A stretch of DNA of 64,000 nucleotides from Hemiscyllium ocellatum (taxonomy: Eukaryota): contig NC_083447.1 in the NCBI RefSeq assembly GCF_020745735.1, positions 11,922,035-11,986,034 of the forward strand, written 5' to 3'. A model generated the notes under the pieces. It saw nothing but the letters and a program-made list of their open reading frames with translations. It did no database searches and had not been told where the DNA came from. A program made the translations under genes and the position numbers. The first letter of the stretch is position 1, and every line of letters begins with the position of its first letter. Shown here one piece after another: positions 49,200 through 62,860 of this stretch.

Positions 49200-50710
49200 T
49201 TTGCAGGAAAAAAAAATGACATGGAAGAGAGTGTACAGAGTGTTTGGGGTCTGAGCCAGTTGAGGTAGGACCTGTATGGGATATGAGGTAGTTTGGTGAT
49301 GAAGTAATTAGGGAATGGGATGGTTGAGTGGAGAAATAGTAGTTAGGGAAGAGGTTGATTAGGGTGGGATGAGAAAATGAGATGATTGAGGGATGGGGTA
49401 GTTTGCAGAGGTGTTAGGGATCGGGTGAGGTGATAGGGATGTTTGGGGTTGTATAACTGGGTAGAGTGGAGTGGTTGGAGTATTGTGATGAGATGGCGTA
49501 GTTGGGATAAGGTGAGGTTTTTGGTGTGGGATTGGTTTTGTGCAGTTTGGGGAGGAGGAAATTGATGGATGGGACAGTTGGGTAAGATGGTTTTTGGGGT
49601 GGGATTGGAGTTGGGTGGTTAGGAAGAGGTAGTGTTCAAAGTTTGGGAGAAGATTTGTAGCTTGGGTGTTTGGAGGTAGGGTGTTTGGAGATGAGGTAAT
49701 TGAGAGATGGGGTAGTTGGGATCAAATAATTTTGGGGGACTGGAGTTTGGAAGAGGGGTGGCATTGTTGGGCTAGGTAGGGGGAGTTGGAGTGATTTGGG
49801 GTTGTAAGGGGTTGGGATGAGGTAATTGAAGAATGGGGTAGTTGGGGCGAGATGGATTTTGACAATTGGAGGTGCAGAGGGATTGGTTGGTAGTGATTTG
49901 GGGTACTTTTTGAAAGGATTGGGATGAGGTAATTGAGGAATGGAGTAGTGGGGTGGGGTGAGATAATTGGAGCGAGGGATTGGTATAAGGTAACCAAATA
50001 ATGAGGTAGTTGGTGTGAGATGGTTTTTGGGGATTGGAGTTGGGGGAAGGGGGAATGGTTGATGTGGGTTCAGGTACTTTGGAGAAGAGTTGGGATGAGT
50101 TAATTGAAGAATGGGGTAGTCAGGGTGAGATGATAGGAGCGAGGGGTTGGGATAAGGTAACATAATAATGGGGTAGCTGGAGCAAGATGATTTTTGGCGA
50201 TTGGAGTCAGGGAGAGGGTTGAGGTGGTTGGGCTGGGGGGTAGTTGGAATGAGTTGGGGTAGTTTGGGCAGGGGTTGGGATGAGTTAATTGAGCAATGGA
50301 GTAGTTCGGGTGACATGGTTTCTGGCAACTGGAGTGGGTTGTAGTAGTTTGGGGAGGGGTTGGGATAAGATAATTGAGGGACGGGGTAGTTGAGGTGAAA
50401 TGTTTTTTGGGGATTGGAGTTGGGGAGAGGGTTGAGGTGGTTGGAGTGGGTAGGGGTAGTGTGGGTAAGGGTTGGGATGAGGTAATTGAGGGGTGGAGTA
50501 GTTGCAGTGAGATTTTTTTGGGATGGTGGTTGGGGTGAGAATATTGACAGGAGATAGGGAGAGGGTTGAGGTGATTTGGGGAGATGTTGGAGTGAGGTAG
50601 TTGAGGGATAGAATAGTTGGGGAGGGATTACGTGGGACAAGGGAATGGGTGGGGTATTTTCGGGGAGTAATTAGAGATGATGAGGAGGATGTTCTGGGGG
50701 AGGAGGATAG
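49200..50710 (+). repeat. Degenerate G/T-rich tandem low-complexity tract
   Basis: Recurrent GGGATGAGGTAATTGAG..GGGGTAGTTGG motifs. Confidence 0.8.
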
Positions 50711-50749
50711 GAATCTCTGACCATCTGGAACATTCCATCCCTCAATTCC

Positions 50750-51290
50750 TCCTCTCGTGATTGGCCAGAATAGAACGGCCCACGTCTGATTGACACTTGT
50801 CCTGTCCAATCAGTTCGCTCCGAGCGGGTCCGTGCCGTTGAGTGGGTCCTTGGGGTTAGGGATTCAATGGTTCCCTGTCCCTCTCTGTCTACCTCCACCT
50901 ACCCCATCCGGGTCCTGGGAGTCTCCCGCCTTCGCCTGATTGATGGAACTGCGGACCAATAGGCGAGGGCATCGCGCCACGGCTGGCCAATGGGACCTCG
51001 CCGCGGGGCGAGGGGCGTGACATCCGGCGGTGTGTGTGCGCGCGCTGCGATCGGTTAGAGCCCGCGACCATCAGCCGCCATCGTTCAGCCGTTGGGGCTA
51101 GTGGCAGCCCGCCTGACTGACCGAGCATTCCCGACCGCGGGGCCTCGCCTCGCGCCGCGACCCACCGCACCGCACGATCCGGTCCGTTCTTGAAAGCCAC
51201 CATCTCACCAGGTTCGTACTGAGCAGCCTGGGGAGTAAGGGCGCTGAAAGTTCCGCCGACGGGCGGTAGCTTCCGGTTCACGGTCGGTGG
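50750..51290. promoter_or_regulatory. Bidirectional CpG-island promoter of ACTMAP (-) and SNRPA (+)
   Basis: Four CCAAT boxes (about 50760, 50806, 50957, 50987), GC boxes, YY1-like GCCGCCAT (about 51074), ETS-like TTCCGG; donor-like sites on both strands (51208 -, 51235 +). Confidence 0.8.
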
Positions 51291-51528
51291 AAGCAAAGAG
51301 AGGAGGGGCAAATGGAGGGGAGGGGGGAGAGAGGAGGGGCACGTGGGGAAGGGCATATGGAGGGGGCGTACGGAGGGGGTTGAGGGGGAGGGGCATGGAG
51401 TGGGTAGGGGGGATGCACACGGACGGGGGAGGGGCGCGGTCACGGTGAGGGGGAGGGGCGTGGGCGCACGGGGGTCACATGGGGGGAGGGGTATGGGCAC
51501 ATGGTGAGGGGCACACGGTGAGAGGCGT

Positions 51529-51722
51529 GGGCACATGGGGGCGGGGTGGGGGCATATGTGGGAGTGACATGTGAGGGGCACATGGGGGTGGGGTGGGGGC
51601 ATATGTGGGAGTGACATGTGAGGGGCACATGGGGGTGGGGTGGGGGCATATGTGGGAGTGACATGTGAGGGGCACATGGGGGTGGGGTGGGGGCATATGT
51701 GGGAGTGACATGTGAGGGGCAC
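51529..51722 (+). repeat. 47-bp G-rich tandem repeat (4 copies) inside a G-rich tract at 51300-52090
   Basis: GGAGTGACAT recurs at 51561, 51608, 51655 and 51702. Confidence 0.9.
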
Positions 51723-53249
51723 ACGGGGAGGGTGGGGCGCACTGGTGGTTAGGGATGCGGGGCGGGGTGCACTGAGGGTGGGAGAGGCACACGGAGGGGG
51801 TGAGGAGAGCAGAGGGACACGTTGGGGGAGAAGGGGCGGGGGATGGGACACAGGCACACGGAGGGGGGAAGAGGTGGGGAGTGGAACACCCACATGGAGG
51901 GGACGGGCACATGGATGGGGGAGAGGGTAGGGGTGCATGGTGGAGGGGAGGGGCACACGGAGGGGTGAGGAGAGGGGACCCCGGATGGGACGGACACAGG
52001 GAAGGGCACAGGCACACGGGTGCATGGAAGGGGGGAGAGGAGGGGGCACAGGCACATGGTGGGGGGAGTGTGGAGGGGGAGAGAGGAGGGCGTTAAAACA
52101 AAAAGGGGGGATAAATGGGCAAGGAGTGTGGGTTAACTCAAGTGGGTGGGTATCTAAGGATACAGGGTACGCCTTTGGAGACAGATGAGAAATTTCTTCA
52201 CCCAGAGGTTGGTGATCCTGTAGAATTGTCTGTTATAGAAAACAATTGAGGCCAAAACATTGTATGGTGTAAAAAATGGGTTGAGTATAGCATTTTGGGG
52301 CTAAAGGGATCCAAAGATATGGGAGAAAAGCAGAGACTGGCTGTTGAGTTGGATGATCAGAGAGCTGAAAATGTGTCGCTGGAAAAGCGGAGCAGGTCAG
52401 GTAGCATCCAAGGAGCAGGATAATTGACGTTTCGGGCATGAGCCCTTCAGGAAGAGAGAGGGTGAGGAAAGAGCTGCCATTTTTCTTGGAGAGGGTGGGG
52501 GGAGGTGCTCCTCTTTATTGGAGGCAGAATGTGGGTGAAGAGATTGTGGAGTTATCTTTTCTAGGGAAGGAGGAAAAGGAAGGAGAATAAGCTCTCTTAG
52601 CTCGGGGATGTAGGAGGTGGTGTGCTTGAGTTGCCCTAGCTTTAGGGGAGTTTAGCAATATAGCCACATTGCTTATATTTCTACCATTTATAGGTGTCCC
52701 TTGTGCTGCAGTTCTTTGAAGCTGGGAGCAGTGTTAGCGAGGCATTGAGTAATCTTTTGTCGGCTCTGATTCTATATAGTAACCACATGACATGCTGAGC
52801 AGTATTTCCTTTAAGCCCCACGTGTGTGAGTACACTGATGTTCTGTGCACAGTGATTGGTGTTGGTATATTGATCGTGACATTGACTTAACAATTTTAGA
52901 AGTGCACAAGTTTTGGAGGCGCATGCAGCCATTAAAAAAATTAGGAAATGTGATGCTGAGCCACTTAAGGGTATTCAGTCAGAACTACTTAGTTGGTACA
53001 CGAGTCTGTTGGTGGTGGACAGTTAACAGGTTAAATTTAACTGATCATCCTTGAAACAGGATCATAAAACGTTTCAGATTTATTGAATTTCACAGCTTGC
53101 CATAGTTGATTTTGAGTTCATGATCTCTGATTTGAGTTGAGCACTGTGACATTTCCCCTAATTAAATTAGTGACAACTATGAAACTGACTTTCATTCGTG
53201 TTCGTTTCTCTCCTCCTTTTTGAATTCTAGTTAGTCCAAGGGTAGAGCC

Positions 53250-53322
53250 ATGTCTGTTCAAGAGGCCCGTCCAAACCACACTATATACATCAACAATCTG
53301 AATGAGAAGATCAAGAAAGATG
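53250..53322 (+). CDS. SNRPA: U1 snRNP protein A, coding exon 1
   Basis: [24 protein letters not shown]; acceptor ttctag| at 53230; GC donor G|GCAAGT. Confidence 0.93.
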
Positions 53323-54019
53323 GCAAGTATTCAGGAGTGGTTCTGGGTCAGCAATGTATTGGGGTGAGGCAATAAATGCTGGCCCAGTCAACAATGTGTA
53401 TTTACCATAAATGAATTTTAACATCAATTCCTTATCCCTCACGTTTGTTTAGATTCTTGAAGTAGATTTCCATCAACTATCCCTGTGGTGGCAAATTCTG
53501 ACAATTCACAACTTAAATTTTTTCCAACCCCTCTTTTTACTTATTAATAAGTAGCATACATGATCACTTGTTTTGGAGTGCTCAAGGATTGTATACAATG
53601 TCTTATTATAGAGTCCTGCCCGTCTGTGGCACAGAAACCGACCTTTTGGCCCAACTCTTCCATGCTGATCAAGTTTTCCAAACTAAACTAGTCCCATTTG
53701 CCCATATTCCCCTCAACCTTTCCTATTCATGTACCTGTCCTCTGGCAGTTCAATCCATGTACAAACTACCCTCTGTGGAAACAGTTGCCCCTCGGATCTC
53801 TTTTAAATCCAAATGTTGTACATTTTGTTGAATGTCTTTCAAATGATAAAGATTATAATGTTAAAAATGCCATCTCCCAAATGTTCCCTTCAGTTTCGTA
53901 GAGAAAAGAGCTCCAGTCTGTTCAGTCTTTCCTAAAGCAAACATATCAATTACAGCAGATAGGCCACTCAACTCTTCCAGTTTGTTCTACATTTCAGTAA
54001 GATCATAGGTGATCTGATT

Positions 54020-55187
54020 AGGCCATTCGGCCCATTGAGTCCACTCCGCCATTCAATCATGGCTGATGGGCATTTCAACTCCACTTACCAGCATTCTCCC
54101 CGTAGCCCTTAATTCCTTTCCTTGAAGACATTTAGCGTCCCGGCCTCCACTGCACTCTGCGGCAATGCATTCCACAGGCCCACCACTCTGGCTGAAGAAA
54201 TGTCTCCGCATTTCTGTTCTGAATTTACCCCCTCTAATTTTAAGGCTGTGTCCGCTGTTCCTAGTCTCCTCACCTAACAGAAACAATTTCCTAGCATACA
54301 CCCTTTCCAATGTATTATCTTCTAAGTTTCTATTAGATCTCCCCTTAATCTTCTAAACTCCAATGAATACAATCCCAGGATCCTCAGCTGTTCCTCGTAT
54401 GTTAGACCTACCATTCCAGGGATCATCTGTGTGAATCTCTGCTGGACACGCTCCAGTGCCAGTATGTCCCTCCCGAGGTGTGGGGTCCAAAACTGGACAC
54501 AGTACTCCAAATGGGGCCTAACCAGAGCTTTATAAAGTCTCAGTAGCACAACGGTGCTTTTTATATTCCAACCCGCTTGAGATAAATGACAACATTGCAT
54601 TCGCTTTCTTAATTACAGACTCAATCTGCATGTTTACCTTTAGAGAATCCTCGACTAGCACTCCCAGATCCCTTTGTACTTTGGCTTTACGAATTTTCTC
54701 ACCATTAAGAAAGGAGTCCATGCTTGTATTCTTTTTTCCAAAGTGCAAGACCTCACGTTTGCTCACATTGAATTCCATTAGCCATTTCCTGGATCATTCT
54801 CCCAAACTGTCTAGATCCTTCTGCAGCCTCCCCACTTCCTCAGTACTACCTGCCTGTCCACCTAACTTTGTATCATCGGCAAACTTCGCTAGAATGCCCC
54901 CAGTCCCTTCATCCAGATCATTAATATACAACGTGAACAGCTGCGGCTCCAATACTGAACTCTGCGGGACACCGCTTGTCACCGACTGCCATTCCGAAAA
55001 AGAGCCTTTTATCCCAACTCTCTGCCTTCTGTCAGATAGCCAATCTTCAATCCATCCAGTAGCTCACCTCGAACACCATGGGTCCTTACCTTGCTCAGCG
55101 GCCTCCCGTGTGGCACCTTATCAAAGGCCTTTTGGAAGTCTAGGTAGACCACATCCAACTTCCACTCCTATGTCTTATGGTCTTATG
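54020..55187 (-). mobile_element. CR1 LINE fragment with inverted 3' tail
   Basis: RT motifs TSGVPQ.SVL.P.LF.LYINDL and FADDTKLGG on the minus strand; terminal 30 nt on the plus strand at 55158-55187. Confidence 0.88.
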
Positions 55188-55483
55188 ATAACTCCACTTT
55201 GCTTGCTCATAATATTCTGTCTCTAGATATGGTCTCCCCAATGCCTTGTATAACTGAAGTATAATCTCCTATGTTTTGTAATTATAAGTAAATCTTATTT
55301 GAATTCTCTGTGGTGTTCTTGTTATAAGTTGACTGGGCTGTGCACAGTATGACATCGTGAGTGTCCCACAGTACTTTCCTTCAAGCACATTTACTAAACG
55401 TTCATGAACTTGAATTGTGGTTTCAAGTTCATGTTCAGGTCTGGCTGCAATTATACTTGTGGCTAGGTTAAAACAGAAGTTGA

Positions 55484-55717
<234 letters not shown>

Positions 55718-56347
55718 TAAACATGACATTAGCGTTTGTGCTTCTTGACTGATCTGTGTTCCACTGCAGTTAGGTTATGACTGATCTGAGCATGATGAAT
55801 TTGTAGACCAGAAATGGGCGATTTGGTCCTACAGTTCCAAGCTATATGTTGTGTTTCATGAGAGTCTACTGGTCAGGAAAAGAAAATTACTCTCCAGACA
55901 GGGCAGTTCTCATTTTGCTCATTTGTGTATCTATTCATTAGGGCAAATTTAGGAGTACCGAATCTCAAACCATCACAGCAAGATATGTTGTGGGCGAAAA
56001 GGATGATTAGTTGTCTTGTCCCTATAGTAAAAGTTGTTGTGTTATGCGTGAAATTTGGCTGCCTGGTACTTGTGTTGATGAATTCAAGATGGAAATCTTT
56101 GGCATTGGCTTTCTCTCTTCTGCAGTATTCAAATTCTGTACAGCTGGAAAACTCTCATCTGTTGTGTGAAGGATTTCTTTTTGGCTAAAAAGCAGCTTAA
56201 AAGTCTCTCTCTGCAACTGCAGAGGCCTGTCAAATCTAATGTGCTGTATATTAGTTTGTATGTTTTCTACGCGCTCTCATGGGGTAATCCTTGTGGAAAT
56301 AACACATGAAGTTTCAGTGGTGTAACACAGTTTCCCCTTGTCCACAG

Positions 56348-56515
56348 CGGATTCAATATGCAAAGACTGATTCTGATATTATTGCCAAGATGAAGGGCAC
56401 CTATGTGGAACGTGACCGGAAGAAGGAGAAGAGGAAAGTTAAGGCACCCGAGCCTTCTGGTAACAAGAAGGCTTCAGCACCCCCGACAGCTAACGCAGTT
56501 CCCCCTCCTGTCTCA
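56348..56515 (+). CDS. SNRPA: SNRPA coding exon 3
   Basis: [30 protein letters not shown]... Confidence 0.96.
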
Positions 56516-57785
56516 GTATGTATGATTTGTCTCTGGACTGCTTTTGTAGAAGGAGAGGACTGCAGATGCTAGAGATGAAAGTCAAGAAGCATGGTGCTGG
56601 AAAAGCACAGCCAGTCAGGCAGCATCCAAGAAGCAGGAGAGTCGGCATTTTGAGCTTCTGCTCAAAACGTTGACTCTCCTGCTCCTTGGATGCTGCCTGA
56701 CTGGCTGTGCTTTTTCAGCACCACGCTTTTTGACTGCTTTTGTAGAGAACTACATCTGTGTCCAAATTGAATGGAAATGAAGTAACCTTTCCTTAAGCAG
56801 GGAAGGGGAATAGCACATATTTGGTGAGTTCTGAGACCTTTATCTCAATCTGCAGTCCTTCCTACTAATCTAGAGGTGTTTTCATTTACTGTTGCGTTCA
56901 ACTAACTAACCGAGGGCATCCAGGTCAGCTGGTATTTGGTGTCCTGTCTACTTCCTGTTCTCTCACTTTCCAAATGAATTTTACTTGAGCCACCTGATAT
57001 GTTGAAAATTGGTTATGAGGAACATTTCCCTGCTAGATTTTTGGGCTTCACTTGTCTTTTTATGACAACATTCTATTTAATCTTTCCAATTAAATAAATC
57101 TGTCTTACTGTTAACTTTTTGTTAATTTTTTTGGGATCGGTTTTCCCATCTGTACAAGAGAAGCCAAAGTTAATCCAAACATTAGTTTGGCAGGTTTTCA
57201 TTTGGCCCTGCTTTCCTTTTTTACTGTTGTGGTTCCTCCCATCCCCTGGGTCAGCTGGCGACAGAAATTTGTGGTTGGGAGAATGAAGGAGAGAAGTGGG
57301 GGATAGTTTCAGCGTTTTAAAAAGAATGCCTCTTAGCTCAGTCAGTGACTATCTTCAGTCCCATGGAATCCCTACTGTTTGACCCCAAACATTGTAAAAC
57401 TCCACTTTTCACTCTACTTTCAGTCTTGCCTTTTAACTCCTTTGTTGTTGAGATTTGCATTAAAGACATTTTCAAGATTTAACCATCTTACTGAAACCTA
57501 TCCCCTGAGGGGATTTGGTAGGTTTGATTCTGAAAAGCTGTTTCTCCTTGTGAACAGACTGGATCTAGGCAATATAGTTTACTTTTGTGTCTTGCTTAAG
57601 ACAGCAAGGTGATGTTTGCTAAGATTTAATTCATTTTATTTTGACTTTAGTGAGAATTCTCTGCAACATGCTGACTATCAACAGACACAGCCTAAAACAA
57701 TTGCAGTTGGTTCTTGACCATTGTGTCGAATTCATTGACTGGTTCCATAAAGCATTTATGTTTACTTGGTGTTTGTTTGTCCTAG

Positions 57786-57959
57786 GGCATGCCCATGATG
57801 AGCCAAGCCCCGCGGATGATGCCAATGCCAGGACAGCCTCACTACATGCCCCCACCAGGGATGATGCCACCACCTGGCATGGCCCCTGGACAGATGCCAC
57901 CAGGTTCCATCCCTCCTGGCCAGATGATGGCTGGACAAATGCCACCACCAGCTCAGACA
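57786..57959 (+). CDS. SNRPA: SNRPA coding exon 4 (Pro/Met-rich linker)
   Basis: [31 protein letters not shown]...; donor ACA|GTAAGT. Confidence 0.95.
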
Positions 57960-58668
57960 GTAAGTATTTGGTTGAGAGGGTAGGTGAAATGATGAGGTAA
58001 CAACAATGACTGCAGATGCTGGAAACCAGATTCTGGATTAGTGGTGCTGGAAGAGCACAGCAGTTCAGGCAGCATCCGAGGAGCAGGAAAATCGATGTTT
58101 TGGGCAAAAGACCTTCATCAGGAATAAAGGCAGTGAGCCTGAAGCGTGGTGAAATGATGTTAGAATTGTTGTTGTACTCATCCCTCTAGTAATTGAAATC
58201 AACTGGATGAAAGCTTGCTAGCTTCCTCCTGAATACCCAAGAAAAGTGCTTGGTTCACGGGTACCCTTGTTGCCCAAGAAACTCTGTCCTCTATGGTATT
58301 TGTAATTGGTGAGTTAGGTGAAATGATTGGGCTGTTGTTTATTGTTGCTACTAGTATCTCTTAGCAATTCAGTGGCTAGCAGCTGCTGAACTGAATCAAG
58401 GTGTAGCTTTCAGAGCATAAGTTAGAAACATAGGGAGAGGAACTAGGCCATCTGTCCCTCAAGCCTGTTCCACCATTCAGTTAGATCATGGCTAATCCAT
58501 CTCAATGTCAACTTCCTGCATTCTCCCCATATCCCTTGATGCTTTTAATATGTAGTGTATGAATCACTCTGTATTGGGTATAGAGAGAATTGCATATGGT
58601 GCCTTTCTCTGGGACCAAGTGATATGTATATGTGCTGCTGCTAATTGAGTGACACGAGGGGTTGGTAG

Positions 58669-58836
<168 letters not shown>

Positions 58837-59239
58837 TAAGTATGGAAGAGTGGGAATCTTGACTCTTGGAATGGGGAGGGGGGGGGGTTGATACTGAGTA
58901 AAGATGCTGCTCGGGGCTGGAGTAAGTAACAATCATGTCAAGCAATAATCATCTCCCATAAAAGACAATCTAATCAACGCCACTTGACATTCGGTGGTAT
59001 TCCATCACCGAATCCCTGGTTATCCACATCCTTATGGTTACCATTGACCAGAAACTCAACTGGACACAACATATAAACGTACTGCTGCAAGTGCGGGTCA
59101 AAATCTAGGAATCTTACTTCCTGACTCCCCAAAGCCTGTTGACCATGTTCAAGTTAGAAGTGTGAAGGAATACTCCTCACTTGCCCAGATGGATATAGCT
59201 CAAATGGCATTCGAAGCTTGATACGGTTGAGGACTGGAC

Positions 59240-60530
59240 TTGAATAAAGCATTTAATAAATTTCAAAATGGTAGACTAGTGAAGTTAGATCCCATGGGAT
59301 TCAGGGTGAGCCAGCCAATTGGGTACAAAATTGGCTTTACGGCAGGAGACAGAGGGTCGTGATGACAGGTTTTTTGAACTAGAGGCCTGTGACCAGCAGC
59401 GTTCCACAGTAATTGGTATTTGTATCCACTTTTACTTGTGATTTTTAAAAATTATTTGGATGAGAAATTTTTAGATAAATTTTTGGTTGAGTTTGGAGCG
59501 TGCTGTTTTAAGGATCTTCAGTGAATTTTGGCAGTGCATCGTGTAGATATTAGACACTGCTCCAAGTGACTGGCAGTGGTGGTGGGAGTGGATGCTTGTA
59601 GATGTGGTGCCTATCAAGTATTTAGATAAAATCTCAGGTGACCTTTCTCACTGTCCACTGTACCACTAACTTTGGTGTCATCAGCAAATATACTAACCAA
59701 GATTACAAAGTGATCTTGATCAGTTGGACCAACTGGCTGAAAAGTGGCAGATGGAGCTTAATTTTGATAAATGTGAGATGTTACATTTTAGTGAAACAAA
59801 CAAAGGCAAGACTTTTACAAATAATGATAGGGCCCTAGGTAGTTGTGTAGAAGAGAGGCGTAGGGGTTTGGGTGCATAATTCTTTGAAATTTGAGTCACA
59901 TGTAGACAGTGATTTAAGATTGTTTAGTATGCTTGACCTTCATTGCTCAGACCTTTTGAGTATAGGAGTTAGGGCATCATGTTGAGGGTTTAAAGGATGT
60001 TGGTGAGGCCTTTCCTGGTATGTTCAGTTCCAGTCATCCTGAACAGAAAAGATAATATTAAATTGGTGTGTATTTAGAAAAGATTTACCAGGATGTTGCT
60101 GAGATTGAAGGTTGAGTTATAAAAATGGGTTGGATAGGCTGGGATATTTTCACTGGAGCACAGGAGATTGAGGTCTGACCTTGGAGGTTTATAAAATAAC
60201 GAGGGGCATGGGTAAAGTGAATAGCAAAGATCTTTTCCCAAATGTGGGGGAGTTCAAACTCTGGGCATATGTTTAAGGTGAGAGGAGAAAGATTTTAGAA
60301 GGATATAAAGTGCAACTTGTTTTGGTTTTGTGTGGAATGAACTGCCAGAGAAAAGTGGTGGATGTGGGTTCAGTTACATTGTTTAAAAGATATTTGGATA
60401 AGTTCATGAATAAGAAAGGTTTGGATCGATAAGGGCCAAACTCAGGCAGTTAGGACTAGGTTAGTTTGGGAACATGGTCAGCATGGACTAGTTAGACCAA
60501 AAGTCCCATTTCCATGTTGTATGACCCTAT
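59240..60530 (+). mobile_element. Decayed CR1 LINE with nested SINE fragments
   Basis: Degenerate RT-coding sequence and CR1 3' end. Confidence 0.75.
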
Positions 60531-61559
60531 GGCAAAGCAGCCTGCTTGATTGGCACCATGATGACCAGCATCCACTCCCACCAGCATTGACAGTTAGTTG
60601 CAGCAGTGTCTAATATGTACATGATGCACTGCTGAAATTTGCTGCAGATCTTTAAAACAACACCATCCAAACCCACAACCACTTGCATCTGAAAGTTCAA
60701 GGGCAGCTGGTTTATTGGGATACCATCACCTGCAGGTTCCCCTTCAAGCCTCTCACCATCCCGGTTTGGCAACATATCACTGCCATTGTGTTAAAGCGTT
60801 CTTCTTGCACCCCCCCACCCACCTACCCCAAAACAATGGCGGTCTCTCTGCAGCAGTTCAAGGAGGCAGCTCCCACCACCTCAGAAGAATTGGGGTTACG
60901 CAATAAGTGTGAATAAATAATTTTATAGAATTATTTCAACTTTTTGTTCACCATACTGTGTGGCTTGGTTAGGGAGTATATTCTGAGAAGATCTCATTTC
61001 CTGAGTGAGCTGTGGATTTATCCCACTGCTATTGGTTTGTTGGGAAGGGTGATGAGTTTCACTAAACTCTCTGGCTTCTGGGAACAGTTGCATGTTCAAA
61101 TCTGGAGAACAGGGTTAAAGGTCAACCTTCCAAAAACAGCGCAAACCTTTTTGGGTGGGGGCATTAATATATTGGTCAAGAACTATTCAGTCTCATGTGC
61201 AGTGTATAACCCTTTTTAAGTTCATGGGATGTGGCTGTCATTGACAAGAGTGCCATCTATTACCTGTCTCTAATTTACCTTGAAGGTGCTGAGCCACTTC
61301 CTTGAACTGCTGCAGTGCACATCATTGAGATACTTCACAATGATGTTAGGGAGGGAGTTCCAGTATTGTGCCAGTGGGGGAGCACCAATACAGTTTCAGA
61401 TCGGGGTGGTATGTGGTTTGGGGGGCACATAAGGGAGTGCTGTTGCCACATATTACTGCATTTTGTTCTTCTAGATGGCAGAGGCCACTAGTTTGGAAGA
61501 TGCTGTTGAAGGAACCTTAGTGAATTTAATACCTGTGACAAGCACTTATCACAAGTTGG

Positions 61560-62421
<862 letters not shown>

Positions 62422-62520
62422 GGGGTCAGGATGATTGAACTGGTTATTTCTGGCTTTATTTTCAAAAGCTGTTTTTTTTTAAATTGTGGGTAACTGGCCT
62501 GTATTAAAGTTCTGATGCTT

Positions 62521-62529
62521 CAGGTAAGT
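62521..62529 (+). promoter_or_regulatory. Consensus U1 snRNP binding site in the SNRPA 3' UTR
   Basis: Perfect CAGGTAAGT 100 nt after the stop codon. Confidence 0.75.
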
Positions 62530-62813
62530 GTTAAGTGAGCAGACTCGTTGGCTTTGCCCTGCCCATTAGATCACTGTTCATGCCCAGGTGATGGATTCTC
62601 CCCCTTTCCTATTCCTGGGTCCATCAAATTAAAATAATTCATTTGCCCTTTTTAATAATGTCTGAAAGCAATGTCTAACTAGAGGAGAATGAATTCTAAA
62701 TCTCCACTTGTGTTATTACTTGGGATTTGGCTGGCCCTGTTTGGCTACATTTTTGCGTGAATGTGTCTGACAGGCTGAGGCAAGCAACAGTTTGGTTTAA
62801 TCACACGGTGTAA

Positions 62814-62860
62814 GAAAGCTCTTCACCCAGAGTCTCCGTGACATTGCACCTGGAGCTTTC
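62814..62860 (+). promoter_or_regulatory. U1A polyadenylation inhibition element (PIE) homologue
   Basis: GAAAGC-TCTTCAC-CCAG-A-GTC-TCCGT-GAC-ATTGCAC-CTGG-A-GCTTTC: three-stem, two-internal-loop PIE architecture; AATAAA at 62882-62887. Confidence 0.88.

Noticed and set aside
49636-52057. ORFs of 334 aa and 388 aa on the minus strand
   Set aside because: Derived from C-rich low complexity and the promoter; no recognisable domain.
62434-62440. ATTGAAC as a replacement second U1A box
   Set aside because: Mismatch in the core, no supporting stem seen, and about 380 nt from the PIE.
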